Below the pieces are notes generated by a model. That model did not search any database. It saw only the letters and a list, made by a program, of their open reading frames with translations, and was not told the DNA's origin. Below, piece by piece: positions 1-14,648 of a DNA stretch of 64,000 nucleotides. Within the stretch, counting starts at the first letter, position 1. Every line of letters starts with the position of its first letter. Made by a program: the position numbers and the translations under genes. The DNA is from Bigelowiella natans CCMP2755. Lineage: Eukaryota > Protista > Cercozoa. The DNA lies in assembly GCA_000320545.1 (NCBI GenBank), contig ADNK01001731.1, positions 39,975 through 103,974 of the forward strand, given 5' to 3'.

Positions 1-919
1 GTCTCAAAGTGGGTTTCCTTTTAGAGATCAATTGAATGCCAGTTTTTCTATTTACGATGTGAAGCACATCGTCATCAGCATTTTCATGTATCATCAGCGT
101 GAGTTGAAAGTCATCCGATCCAAGATAAAATGCCAGGAGGAGCTGTGCCATCGTGTCATCAGTATCATGTAATAACGAAGATCTATGAAGGCGGCGGAAG
201 CATCATTCTTTTGTCTCTTGTCGTTATGAGTTGCACATTTGTATATTGTAGCCATGAATTTTTATGTGTACGTAACATTTTGATTTATATGCATTGCACT
301 CATCAAAATCAAAAAGATACACACGCATTGTTATCGCTCCTATGCAGACTTTCAAAAGCCGGACAGCGTAAGATCGGATGGCAGATTCTTTGTCGCTCGC
401 TTGGAGAACAGTTAGGTGAGAAGGCCACAATGCAAAAATACGACTTTGGAAAAAGGCACGGTTTCTCTCTGTACCTTCATACATTACATTCTAACGGGCT
501 CCAACATGTATTTTACTCCCCTGCAGGAATCCCCCCCAAAACTGTTTGGAACACAATTGAGAGGCAAATGAACAATAGAAAAGGCCAGAAGGGACGCAGA
601 TGAATTCGTCCAATATAAACGAAGGAAAGGTTACGCATCGCCACGTATATATCGGCATCAGTGTAAATATCCAACGACAAAAAAACATGTCCTTTCAAAA
701 TAAGAACACAAATAAACCATGATCATTTTTACTCTAATCAAGTGAATTCGTGCACCTCACACGGAATCGAGTCGGCTGATATCCGAGGATATTGGAACTA
801 GATAACAACAATTACTATCGGCAATAATTATATCACAATTTTTAAGTGTGTCACGATTGTTATGTGGTTTCGTACAATTAGATTAATGTACATTATGAAA
901 GCAAGGAGAGCAACAGATA

Positions 920-2440
920 TTTTATTCTGTTGTCACAAGTGCAATGCGTGTCTCCCTGCACGCCTTTTCTCTTAGTAAGCTCTTGCACGCCTTCCACTTT
1001 TTCAGAATATTCAAACCCCTTTTGCACAGAAAAACGAAAGTGAAAAATGATGCAAAGTCGTCATAGCTAGGGAGTCGTCAATATTGATTGCAGTGCATGC
1101 ATTGTGTTGCCCGCAAAAGCTGATGGCGCTTGCTGCACGTGGGCAGCTTGATAATGCTGACAACGCCATGTGCAAAACTAATGACAGCTCAAGTGTATAG
1201 AGAATCACTTACATGAAATGCCAGCACGATTGTTCTGCTGCATTAAATTGCAAGCTTGGCAAGGCCAATACAATTGACTGCGCGATCGATGGCGAGCAAC
1301 GATCGAAAATAATAGTAGGCATTAATTCTTGCACTTCGCTCGCTGTGTGCAAATCGTTTTCATTGTTCAAAAACGTAATTGCATTTCCGCCTAAAAATGA
1401 ATATCAAATTTTAATGAAATCGCCTTGCATGTCGTCTGTCACACGTGCAAGGACAAAATGCATCACAAGTGCGTGAGGCCGCCATGCAGACTTTCGATCA
1501 TTGGATGATGGACTGCAGCGAAAACCAGCAACGGAAACTCAAATGCACGCACGCAATGCAATGCACCACAGGTTTGATGAACGATCTAATTGTGACAAAT
1601 GCCGCATGCTAGCATGCATGCGCGCTAGATGTGTGAAGGGGCTTTGCACGCACGTGAGCACATGTTGTACATGTACAAGTGCTGTGGTTGTCAAGATCAT
1701 GCAGACTGTGCACGCTAGCGCTGACATGCAGGTGAATCGATCGCTGTGCCGGTACGTTGGCCCATGCGGCACGCGATTGTGAACGAGCTCACAAATGTCT
1801 TTCAATGCGCACAACGCCTACACGTGCTAGCTAGCGTGCGCATTGCATGCCGTGTTCGCAGCTAACGCAGTCCGATGAGTTTGTCCATGCACGCTAGCAC
1901 GCGCGTCTAGCTGCGTAGAGCTAGCCTGCTAGTCTGACTAGCTCAATGCAACATGTGTGTGAGCACATGGGCAGATGCATGCACGATGCACAATTAGACC
2001 CTTCTAGCCTTGAAAGGCCGAGCTAACTAGCTAACAATCAACTAGCACACGTCTAGACGTGTGCACATGATGCCAAAAATTTGTTGCATGCAAATGGCTG
2101 AAATGTGCAATGACAAAACTGCAAAATCATTCTGCTAGCTTTGTTTTTGTCAATGAGCTGCATGCAATGATGGTTGCTTCTAGGCATGCGTTCGTGGCAT
2201 GCGCATGTAATTGTGTTTTGCATGCTCCCAATCGGTGACGTTACAGTGCAAATAGCTAGATCTAGAGATAGCCTTGCAACTGTTAGCGTACATAGCTTTA
2301 GTTGAAGCACGTGGAATTTTGTGCTGTGTCATTTCATTCGAAAAATCACATGAACAAACACTACTAGACTAACATGCAAGCATCATGATGGGATTTGTTT
2401 CGACATGGAATGTTAACTCACCAATGGCACATGTAGTAGA
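920..2440. other. TpA-depleted, TG/CA-rich block, probably a decayed repeat or element end; strongest in 1430-2400
   Basis: TGCA/CATG/CACG-rich sequence; many surviving TA sites lie in CTAG (gctagctag, tctag); no credible ORF. Confidence 0.7.
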
Positions 2441-2662
2441 GATGCAATAATATATATTTATATATATACCATATTGCTGTGTCTATTATACATTTTCCTT
2501 TCCATGATGCAGCATTGTGATGAGTGCGATTTTCAGGGATTGTCAAACAATTTTCAACAATTGTCAAACACTTAAAAACACTTAATTGTTTCTCCAAAAA
2601 AATGTAGCAGCTGGCGCATTTTTAACTGCGCTCTGACCTTTATATTTTCAAGAGTTTGATGG

Positions 2663-4600
2663 TTAGCTGGAGCAAAAACACCAACAAGATGAGCTTGTTT
2701 GGTTTCCAGACAGCGTTTTAGTATTTCCTCCTCTTGCTGCCTTAATTTGGGTAGCATCTGTGACATTCTTCAGGCTAATTTGTTCCTGAATAACCTTTTT
2801 TGGTAAATCGATTGCTTCGAGTAGAGTGCATAGAGTGGAAGCAGACGGCCTATTCTTTGGAACCTATCATTGGGCAAAATGATTCAGCTAGGACTAGAAT
2901 TCATAATTAATCGATCAAATGAATACCGCGTCAAGACATGAAATCAAGACTTTCACAAGGTCGCGGTTACTGCAAATAATATAGCTTAAAATTTTTGCCC
3001 TTCACCATACTTTTTTATGTTTTATGTGGGAAAAGGATTATTGTAGAGAATACCTTTTGGCTGGGAACGAAAGTTTTCGTTCTCCTAATTTAATTTATGT
3101 TGGCATAGTGTAACGATTGCACGTTATGTAGAGTCATACAGAATAAATAAAAAAATAAGACCTTTCCGAATTTGTTTAGCAAACTGCTTCATATTTACCT
3201 CCAAGTTGAGATTCTGATAGTCGTACTGAGACATACAAAGAATATCAATTCCATGACGATAAGTATCCTAATCGGGTAAATTGATCTGATCATACGATCA
3301 TTCATACAGGGCTATCTCCTTCTGTTAAAACTTCCCAGATAGTTACACCAAACATGTATCTGAACAGAAATGACTGATTCAGATAAAAACAACTATTTGG
3401 AGAAGTGAAGACTACATATCAGAACAAGTTGAATATTCACGATCCAGTATCACTTCCGGGGCAGACCAAGGCCATGGTAAATGGCATCCCCTTGTTCAAT
3501 AGCACAGCACTATCGTGAGTTTTTGTTGTTTAAATATGTAACATTTATGCAATACGAAATGGGATTCTGGGAAGGTATAAATTGTTCCACATACAAGCAC
3601 AGTTTTTTGCCTACCTTGACATGCGATAGGTCGATTGCGGGCAATCCAAGCACTTTGCAAGCCCTAGAACCATTTCTGAATTTCACTATGATCGTGATTA
3701 TGTAATCAAGTTTTACCCCAATCGGCTAAAATCGCTTCGCTTTTGGAGTTAATGAGCACGTTTGCACATCTGAGCAGTGACAAGTGGCAACAACGATGAG
3801 TGTCAATGCAAAACGAACGCCAAATTACGATACCGTATGTCCCCATGAACAATGCAAGGATCATTACTGTGCAAATGACTGAAAAACATGGATTACCAAA
3901 GGAATGAGAACACTGCTTACTAGCCGTGGAGTGTATAAATTCAGCAAGAACAACCGTAGTGCGTTTGCAAGATCCAAGGCAAACTTCAAGCTCTTTGCAT
4001 CCGAATGAAAATCCATCTGGATGTGAGTTGCCACAAAATGAATAATTGCATTCTAATTACCAAAATGCGTAGTTACCTTTTCGTGAAGTTTATCAACCGA
4101 CCCCTTCTCACAAAATGGTGAAATGTGGCAAAGTTTTTCATCTGTGGAATCATAGCTGTCACATTTTAAAATCAAAGTTAGTATCAATCATATTTGATGC
4201 CTAAATTTATATTTATTGATGTTAATATCGGTACAATAATCCAATGAGGTTCAGGACATTCCTGTGCGGCTTTAACCTAAATCAGATTGCCATAAGAAAT
4301 ATATACCACCATTGATAATTTGCATACTTGATAGCAGCACTTAGTTCAGCCCAATCAGCTTCGGTAACACCCCTAAGTCATGGTCACGTACGTATCAATA
4401 TGAAACCAGTAGTTCAAAGCAACCTACCTATGGTGGGGAATCTTAAGAACTACTTCCGTTTTGTCAGCATTCTTTAAATTGCATAACCTGTTCGTGAACA
4501 TTTAACATAGTTCTGACAATAAAACAGCTAGTGTACCATGCGGAGCCGAAGTTTCCCTTCCCTAGCTTTGACTAATATGTTTTTTGTGTGTGAATGTAAC
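2663..4600 (-). CDS. Protein kinase domain exons (Tyr-kinase-like/TKL), multi-exon
   Basis: Spliced motifs in order: LGKGNFG (~4550), VVLK (~4450), HGDIR|CANVL and ILADWG (~3720-3860), PWPWSAPE (~3460), YMFGVTIWE (~3340), NRPSA (~2850); C-terminus ...SSCWCFCSS-stop at 2663. Confidence 0.85.
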
Positions 4601-7600
4601 TTGAGACAAGTTTCTTTATCATTTTTACCTTCTTGTCAAAATTGATATCTTTTGCCGTAAAGACAAGTCCCTTTTTCTTAAGGCCTCGAAGACGATCTTT
4701 TAAATTTAGAATGAGTTCTTATAAGTAAAACCATATTATACCCACCTATATAATATCCATCCATAAATAAATCTTTCTAAACATATAATAATTAGCAGTG
4801 CTTAAATTCAACCCTTAGTTTGTTGTTCTTTATCCTTTCGTTCTTCTGTTTCTAAGGCCTCTCTTCCAGCATAAACGCTTGAATCAGACGCTGCTGATTC
4901 TAACAATAAATACATACATTTTGCTCAGAAAGCATATCGTCCCTGTGGACTCACTAATAAAAGAGAAACTGACTCAGTTTTTCAAGCTCCCCGGCATTAG
5001 TGTAGAGTTCATGGTATACAATGTCCTCTATTATTAGAAATAAGGTCATCTGATCATTGATGTTGTAATTTGCAAAAGGTTGAGGAATATTGATGCTGAC
5101 TACTGGATTGTTTCTTTGAAGGATCATCAGCATCATCAGGGCCACACAAATCTGAAAGTTATATTCTTTGGCTTATTTTGCAATCATAGCAGCTTATTTC
5201 AAAAGTTTTAAACATGAGATTCCCACCTTCGACTACGTCGGACCAATCATCAATGATGCCTTGACATATAAATCAGATAATATTAGATTGACACTAAAAT
5301 TACTCTTCTTAATGTCTTATTTCTTCGCATACCGAATTTTCCATAGCCGTATCTTCCAATGGGCTCATCCTCGATAAAATTATTATTAATAACGTAGGTT
5401 GGTCTAAATGTTTTGTTTACATAAAATAATAATTAGTTGTCAGGAATATAAATTACTCTCCCTTTAGCTTTAGTGGCAGCTTCTTTAATCAAACATTTCT
5501 CCTCTTCAGATGGGGGTGGCCCCTTTGTAAAACACTATTTTATTTTCATGTAAGGAATTATTCATAGCTGATATTTTAAGCTGCCTGTAGACAAGTTAGG
5601 AGTGGCACTGACTTCTCCGCATTTTTGATATTTGGAAATCAACTTTGCAAAGTATTCCACAGGTGGATATGGAATCTGATAAAAATAGAGTAAGTTTAAT
5701 TTAATAGCTTTTATATGAAGTTGAAAAGGAGCTTACTCCTTTGAAATACGAGTCCATATATCGTTTTGTATGTTGATGCCTGGATACAGTGGACAAAGTC
5801 AAACGAGTAGGACTTTATGATTAAACAAAAATGATTCTTAATTCTTACTTTGGATCCATGAGATCTAGTTTTGCAGATATAAAAGATATACACAATAATA
5901 TATGAAAATATGAAAACTGTCAACAATACGCTGCTTTGAGTGCTATATGTTATCTACGAATATATGTATGGAATATTTACCAATTTCACCAGTTTCTACG
6001 AAATAGGTCTATGCAAACACAAGATTAACCTTGTTGTGAAGAATAAATTTACTTCTATAAATTACCATAATAAACTCCGGATATGGAATTGGATTTTCTT
6101 CTTCAATGAATACGGAGTTTATCTTTAAAATATAATAATGTAAGACGTGGAGAATATCAACAATTACTTGGTGTCTCTAACCTGATGCTGCATCCATTCG
6201 TAGAGAGAGCTGCGACCATGATATTTTTCCAATATTGGACGTGCCGATTCCTAAATTGTCAAATGCTATAGTTGTGCTATGTAGTTGTCTGTGAATCTCA
6301 ACCTGTATTTTTTGAATAGCGTTGTTACCGCCTACAGTTATTCATAAAATAAAAATTATCTTCTTAAAATCTCAGAATTATTGAACACTGTTACCCCCGT
6401 GAAGAGCAGAAAATATTTGCGCTGAAGTTACAACACCCTGGAATCGAGTGCCTGCAAGAATCAATTCTAAATTTGGTCTAGTAGAAGATTACTATCTACA
6501 GCATACAGCTTGGTCCAATAGCTTCATTTGCATGTGGATCACCAGTACGACCTTAATAAACACTAGTTGATGCAATTCAATGCAGACTTCATGGAATTCA
6601 CCACTGTACCTGCTGGGTCATACGTTTTTACTCCTGGAATGAGAATATCAAAAGTCCTGCTCAGCCCCTTTCCATTCATTTTAATTTTAACCTAAATAGA
6701 TGTCGTTACACATTGTCTTTATATGGTTAGGTGTATGAGGCATACCACGACTTTCCCTGAGAAATTTATTCCCCACTTTGTGATCGGTTTTGACAAAAAA
6801 TTGACCTCCATCTATGTAATAGTACCATCATCATCAATTATGATAAAGTCTTGTTCTGTTTTACCTTTGGCTCACTTTTGGCAACAGATTTAGCTAAAGA
6901 TCTAAGTAAGCATAACAACATAAGATCTTTCGAATAAAATAGAGTAATGTGAATTCCACCTTTGCCGATGCAAACGAATATTTACTCTAACATTCTTCTT
7001 TGTCTATTTGTAACAGGCATTGTATTTTTGACTTGCTCATAACAAATAAGGACAATTGTTTCGTATGAGTAGAATGTTTCATTGTTTCATTGTTTCATGG
7101 GATTAGAACCTCTTTCTTATCTCCATATCCCTTTGTCTAATGGCAGTTAGAATAATAAAATAATTAATTGATAAATTATGACTTTTCATTATACGTAAAA
7201 CTCTTTACATTCTCTGTAAAATTGAACGCAAAAAAATCCTTTTTATCTTCCCCAGCATAGAGTCCAGATATTCTAAAGTTTCAAATTACTTGTCACGACT
7301 TATAACATGTTAAGCAACGGTGTATTGCAACCCTTTTTTCTCTTCATACTCGTTGAAACCACTTCCTTTCACTGTAGGTACGAATACGAACAAGGATATC
7401 AATTAGATCTAAAAGTAAAGAAACAGATGCTGTAAAGTTTTCAGTAAAAACCTTGGCGTGCTTTTGGGATGGACTGCAAAGTTACATTTCGAAGAATAGT
7501 TTCAATGACATTTTGGCTGATCCCTGAAGCCTACATTATGCATTTAGAAGTGGATTGGATGTAAAGTTGCATATTTGCCCAAAAAATGTTTTTTACCTTT

Positions 7601-9652
7601 GGAAATATCTTGATAAAGCGACCGACCGGAACCTAATGAAAAGATTAAATAAATATCATTTTAAAATTCTATTGATTACATATTATTTTCACAACTACCA
7701 TCCCAGTGCTGTCAGGATCAAAAAACATCGTCAACTTCGAAAGATTGTCTGGATTATTCTGAAAATCACATCAAACCTATCTTATCACTCTTTCCTTTAC
7801 TTAGTATGACACGATCTATCCAACCTTGACACCTGTTTCAATCAAAAGCTTGTTGATCTGATGATGATTGACAATATGTAATCTCGTCATGTGTTTTTGT
7901 TCATTAAAACACATCTGCATTTACCAACTTCTCGGTCGCAACGAACTCACTCCGTCTAAAATCAAGACGCTTAAGTTCACGTAGATATCTTAACATAGAG
8001 TGCAAGGCTACCCAGTGATATTCAACCAGAATTTCCTCATTTTTGCTACGTTGTCACAAATAACAACATCAATGAAATCTAGGAAAGATTATCAAATTCA
8101 AGAAGTTTATATTTCAGTAACATACACACCATTTATAATCTTTGTCGCAAAACCAACCGAATCCATACCAGAGGTCACACAAGCTAATGAGATTAAAGCA
8201 TTTGATGTTCCCCATAGAATTTGTTTCAAATTAATGAAGTATACCTTTCAAATCCATTTTATTTGAGTTTAACCTAATTTTGAGTAAATCAGTTGTAAAA
8301 TACTTACGTTGTCAACATATTACTGTTGAATATTAGCCTCGATTTTCGCAATAAGAGTTGCCCTGATTACAGTTATTTCAATACATTTGAGAATCGACTA
8401 GCACGGAAAATATCACAACCCACTAACAATACCTGAGCCATCTAAATAATTTGGAGGTTCGCCTGTACTTTCGCAACTCATCAGAAAGACTGTATTGTTG
8501 TTATATAAATGAACTTTGATAGGTATATATCTTAAGCAACCAATATGATAGGATTATATCACGAGCAACTAATAACAGTTCGAATGTGCTTTTTGCAAAG
8601 TAACTCAGATTTAGATCCATAACATGGCATTTCATATTTGACGTGATTATTTTACACATGTTGTGTTTATAACCCTTGGATGCTCAGTATCTTAGCCTCA
8701 CTGTGTTATTAAAAATTTAATCAATCTTTGTCATATGCAGTTATGCAGTTCTATATCAATTAGCAGCGCACTTTGCAGAGAGAATGTCAGTATATTCGTG
8801 GATCGCCTGTGGGAGAGAATTATTAATTACTATATCTAGAGGCATAACTAAAAATTACAAACCACGTAGGCCTTATCAGTAAGACCGAGCTTTCTTTTTG
8901 AAGGGAATTCTAGTTGGTCCAATTTTGGATATTCAACATTTTTGTGGAAAGAGTGTAAGTACAACCACTAGCATGAACATGTTTTGAGATTACCGGGGTT
9001 CTTCGTATCTAAACTTAATCTAGATACTCTCGATGCCTCTAAACCATTAATGACGAGAGAGTTATTATGAAAGAGAAAATTAATTACAATAATGTGCATC
9101 TCATTTTACCAGCCAGGATTGCATTGTTTGTGTACTTCAACTGGCTCAATATATTCTATGCAATAAGGTGATAACCAACCCAAAATTAAATCTGAAAATT
9201 TATGTAGGTAATTTAACATACTTCACTGTTTAACGAGGTAACACGTTGAATGTTTTCTCCGCTGTGCATTTTAGCTTGTTAATAGAATCCAACGATGCAA
9301 TGGTAGAGGGGTGGAGTATCTTGATAATGTGATACTGAAATTGATGATATTCGTTACTTGCGTCAAATCTTGAGTGCTGTCGCGGATATTGTTTCCTATA
9401 TTTCCGAAGATTTTTTCTCTTATGCGTTATTGGACGGCATACATTCTGAAGCAAAGGGTGATTTATCGCTAAGACAATACTCAGACTCAATAAAGCGTTG
9501 CAATGGAGGTTGGAGGTATAGTTCATAAAATGCCATGGATGCCACATCGTGAGACAATTCATTGGAATGACATCATCGAAAATCTCTGAGCATTGCAACG
9601 GTAGATCTAGGTCGTAGAGCAAATCGCGGATAAATTGCATCAAATGTGACAA
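4600..9652 (-). CDS. Long run of short exons of unknown function, probably the N-terminal part of the kinase gene (could be a separate gene)
   Basis: Regular GT/GC..AG-bounded open segments on the minus strand, e.g. ASGISQNVIETILRNVTLQSIPK, DFIIIDDDGTIT, IPYPPVEYFAKLISKY; no family recognised. Confidence 0.5.
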
Positions 9653-9690
9653 AAGATGCAGTAGTGCGCAATTAGGAATTGTTAGGAAAT

Positions 9691-9730
9691 TACCGAATTT
9701 GAGAGAGTAATTACCGAAATTCGAGAGAGT
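9691..9730. repeat. Imperfect ~20-bp tandem dimer (ttaccgaa-t-ttgagagag) in the divergent kinase/P450 intergenic region
   Basis: ttaccgaatttgagagag-taa-ttaccgaaattcgagagag seen directly. Confidence 0.6.
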
Positions 9731-9949
9731 TCTAAGTGATGTCTGGGTGTCAAGTAGGCGGCGTCTGACACTGTCTTACGTAGAAAGAAGTGGAAGACCT
9801 GACGTGCTGTTTATTGAGCAACTGCATCCCATTTTTACCTTGAGACAACTCTATTCTCGCAATCTCAGTGCATAGACGGATGTTTTCTCTGTGAAGTAAG
9901 CACGATTGTTCCACGATTGCTCCATTTTTCGAGGCACCGCAACTCAAAC

Positions 9950-12581
9950 ATGATAGAAATCTTCTCGCAAACTCTTCTCCCCCCCCTCATGAAGCATGGA
10001 GTCACGGCAGTTCATGTTGCATTCGACTGGCACTTAAACACGGAACATATTCCCTATTTACAGGGCTTGCTATCCATTGCAGTGTCAGTTGGCTTCTTCC
10101 TTCTAATCCTTGTTTACAACTCGAAATTCTATATATTTGTTCTTGATCACTTCAATGGTTGCTCATTGGACGACAAACCTTTAACAACATTTGATAATGG
10201 CACTTCCTTCCCTTTCGGGTATCTTCTATCTATTACACCATGTTGTTAAGCAAGTGGAGTAACAACCTACAATTGAAGGTCACTATGGAGTCCAATTCGC
10301 GATCCCGAACACTACTTACAAGAAATTAGGGAATCAGCTAGAAAAAATAAAGGGTTTGTAAGTTTTGTAATGGTTTTAAATGTTTGTGAACTGAAAGGCG
10401 TAATTTAAGGAGCTCACTATGAAGTCCTACAGGTTCACTCTCGATTATGTTGTGTTCTCTCCCCGGATTACCATTTTCGACCCTTATTATATCAAAGAAT
10501 TGCTTTCTTCCCAATACACATTGAAGGAGGTAGACCTTCAACTAATAGCAACAAAAGCGCTCAGTACTAAACTTGTTGTGGTGACTAGACAACAAGAAAG
10601 CTTCAATTTGCAATTTGGGAAGAACTGATGCCCGAAGGTGGTTACCATGTTACTTTCACTTTTTGTAAAGAGTCGACGTAATATCTATATCTTTCAGGAC
10701 TCATTATGGTGAAGCCTTCCAATTGGAAAAGGATACATCGAGTACACCAATCGTTATATTTTTATGCATCAATAAGTCGATTTATAAAATATTGCGTAAG
10801 GCTGCCCTTCGGGCATTTGGATCACGACATCTAAGAAGCTACTTCCCCATTGTTATGAAGAGTGCAAATACTTGCATCCAAAAACTAAAATGCAAAACAA
10901 TTTCCACTCTCGAGTTCGTGAAGAATACGGAAGTATGTAACTCAACAATCGGACGGGAGGTGCACGTGTTCCCCCTTGTTAGGGATTTTACAATGGATGT
11001 TATTGTAAGTCTTTAATCTAATGAAATCATCTTCCATGTGTAAAAGCAAATCCGAATCTAGATCAAAGTAACCTTGGGCGAACGTTTCTTGGCAGAAAGT
11101 GACAAAAGGATTCTCAGGTTGCTTTTATTGAGTTGAAATAGTGGCACAATAAACCTTATGTGTTTTTCAGAAACTTGATCGACAGTCTTTCAGAAAAATA
11201 TTTTCAGCCAAAGTTCTGCAGCAAATGGTGAAGCCAATATTAGACTAGTTTTCGTGAATTGATAGACTCAATATCCAACAAGTGCCACTGTCATGGGAAA
11301 ATTTGCTTAGGTACCTACACTCTATGTTTCCAGAGGCTGTTCAAACAAGAGCGGAAATTAAAACCTTGTTGAATATTTGTCACAAAATTATAAGAAAGAC
11401 AAGAGATAACAACGATACTGGGCATGGTCATGGTACAGAATTTGATTTGACTACTCTCAATCTTGTGAACATTTAAATTTTGGTAGGATCCTTTTTACGA
11501 TCGCTTTGCTCCGAACATAATAAAAAATCCGATCTCACAGACCGAGAAATTGTGCATTCGCTTTGTGCATTCTTCTTTGCAGGGGTATTTATCAATGTCC
11601 AACACTGCGATACATCAGCGTCATTGGTGGTGCATGTGGCAGCAACCCCTAGTCCTAAATTAGCATATGATCTGAAATTTGTAGGTGAATACAACGGCAC
11701 ATGCAGTCATGCATACTTTGATTATGCTTGCATCGCACCCGAAAATTCAAGGAAAAGTTAGAATAGAATTGGAAGGAGTAACTGATGCAAATATACATAA
11801 GAAGATACATACAGATCTTCCGTATCTAAACGCTGTAATTAAGGAATCATTGCGGTTGTACCCCCCTGTGGGAGGGATTGTCCCACGTGTGACTACTAGG
11901 AGAACAACCATTGGACCTGTAAGCGTTCCAAAGAATACACACTTAGTTGTACAGGTGAATGCTCGAGTCCCAATTCATAAATTCAGCAAATCTACATCTT
12001 TTAACTAGTGTCATTATCCACACAGCATTGGGTTATTGCAAGAATGCCTGAATTTTGGGGCACCGATGCCGAAGTATTCAACCCGGATCGTTTTCTCAAA
12101 ATGGAAAACTCTATCAGTGTTCCAGAAGATATGAGTCAGAAATTTCTTACGTTTGGAGGAGGGGTAACATCATTTTCTGAAACTCCCTAACAATTCTAAT
12201 AAAGGCATAAAAAAGGTTCGAACGTGTATTGGCAAGCATTTGTCGGCCATGGAGACATCTACGATTTTGGTGCATTTGCTTCAAAATTTTCGTTTCAAAC
12301 GACGGAATAATTGCGAGCAGACGGCTCGGCACTGGCAAGTTCGTCAGATTCATTTTATCTTGAACATAAATTTGCACACATTCAATACATGTTGATCTAT
12401 TGCTACGAAACTTAAATTGCAGGCAAATCTTGTTCGGATTGAACCTAAAAAAGAAGAAACAACCCTGATTGTAGAGCAAATCCGGGATATAAAAAATCAA
12501 AACATTTTGTCTGTTGAGGCTGAGGAGAAATTTTCAATACAAAAATCGCACACAATTGCAGATTTCAAAAGCCAACGTTAA
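9950..12581 (+). CDS. Cytochrome P450, multi-exon
   Basis: N-terminal TM helix, I-helix FFFAG|VNTT, K-helix ESLR, FNPDRF, heme motif FGGG|VRTCIG across an intron. Confidence 0.92.
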
Positions 12582-12589
12582 CGCAACAT

Positions 12590-13370
12590 CAAAGACGTCT
12601 GTTCATCGCAAGTACATCGTTAGGATTGCAATGCATGCACAACCAGAGAAGTACGTTTGTATCGCTTTGTTGAATTGAACAACTGCATGCACAACCACAT
12701 CGCGAATTGATGTCTGAGGATGCAAATCCCGTTGCCTTGATGATGCCTGCTAGGGTCGAAGATGGATTGCACTGACAGAGACCTTAGTTGCAAAGTCCTA
12801 GATTTGTTTGATATAGTCATTGATTGTTTGTCTAGAATTTAAATCATCACAACCACACGATTTTGTCACATTTTCAGTGGTGTCTAGGTACGTGTGAATG
12901 CGCTTTGCCTCGTGCTAGTAGCATGCACGTAATGCATGCCAAACAAACTGCACGTGGAATGATTACTTGTGTTGAGGTAGTGCTCATTCATTTCGACTTC
13001 GCATGCACATCTAGGCATGCAAAACAAAGCCATTTATCTAGCCATGCATGCATGACGTCAGATTGAAAATGAAATGTGCTGCACCATGAATTGCATGGCT
13101 GTCTAGCCATGCTAGTGTGCATGATAAATGCTAAGCATGCCCAATACAAAATGCACGTTAGAACGAGATGAATTAACAAATTTGTGTTTTCAATGCCTTG
13201 ATGATGCTTTCATTTTCAAAGTATGCGCCTGCCATTCAGTTTTGCTTTAGAGTTCGCATTGTATCAAAAAGCATGTGCATTACTAGTAGTTTGTTACATG
13301 CCATGGTGAAAACACTGCACAAATTGTTGCCCTTCTCTTACGACATCACAGACTGATCATGCAGGTAATG
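12590..13370. other. Partially TpA-depleted block
   Basis: TGCA/CATG-rich; many remaining TA sites are in CTAG; abuts the P450 3' end. Confidence 0.6.
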
Positions 13371-13497
13371 ATCTTCAAGGATTTTATATCGCGGCGTAGA
13401 TGCCCGACAATGTAATTATAAATAACACGTGACTAGCCCAACTTAACTTTTTGACGCACCATTCCTTAATCCATGGTGCAATTTATTAACAAATAAA

Positions 13498-14604
13498 CTA
13501 TGGAACACGATCACCCGCTCGATGAAAGTTAGCAAATAGTACCACTTCTTCGACTTGCGCCAAGACAGCAATGTAGAAAATCCATTTGTTATGCTCCGGG
13601 GGGTATTGCATGAGTTTTCGTCAGGTGTTTTATTTCGCACTTCAAAGGAATGGCCTTCATCGCATCGTAAAGGTTATTGATTCCTGGACCGTAAAAATAC
13701 AACATTAAAGAAATTAAGAAAAGAAGACGTTGATTTTAGTAAAAACATTGCTATCGAAAAATAATTGACTGTGCAATCGCAGCTTATGACTCGTTTTTTG
13801 GGTATTACGCATGTAATGTACAAATTAGTGCACCAGCATCATCAACTTCTAAGTGCTTTTCATACCAACAGCAGCCAGAAGTGTAGTTTCGAAGTAATCA
13901 AATAGCACGATCCAACGCTCTTCCGGCCTAACCATTTCGAGTATAAACACGTCAAACTTTCTCGTAACTTATGGATTTCACACAAAACTACAACCAAAAT
14001 ATATTAACCTTTTCTAAACCCAATGATGAATATAAATGCGTTTTATGCGTATACATACTACCTCAGTTCCATGATTAGTCGAATTGCCGATACGGCTGAT
14101 TCTCGGAGAGATTTCAAATTTTCCCCATCAATCTTGGCAAAATCCTCCCATTCTTCCCCTATCGGATCTACTGCGACAAATCTAACACCGATTTACATTT
14201 AAATCGCAAATGAACCATACAATCATTCGGTCAAGTTTTAGAATAACAAAGAGCAAAAAACTCTGAAAGTGATAAAAATAACGACAACAAGCAATATCCT
14301 TCATGAAAGCATGCATTATTTGGCCTAATCACATATACGATTATCAGTTTGGAGAACAGAAAGAAAGTGAATACAGATACTCATTTGTGTAGTGTTAGGG
14401 ATTGGTACATATACCCTTCGGCAGAGTTTGCGGAGCAAATATACTTGTGAGTTCCTTCCGTGACCCCCCCCTTCGGCAATATCCGAGAGTATCGACTACT
14501 TCTCACTCGATTCGCATTAGCAATTGCAGCATCGATGCATGATTCTGCAGAGAAGTGTTTAACAATATATGTATATGTATAAACAGTACATATATAAATA
14601 TATT

Positions 14605-14648
<44 letters not shown>

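Noticed and set aside
130-603. 157-aa ORF at the window start
   Set aside because: May include terminal exons of an upstream gene, but no family is recognisable
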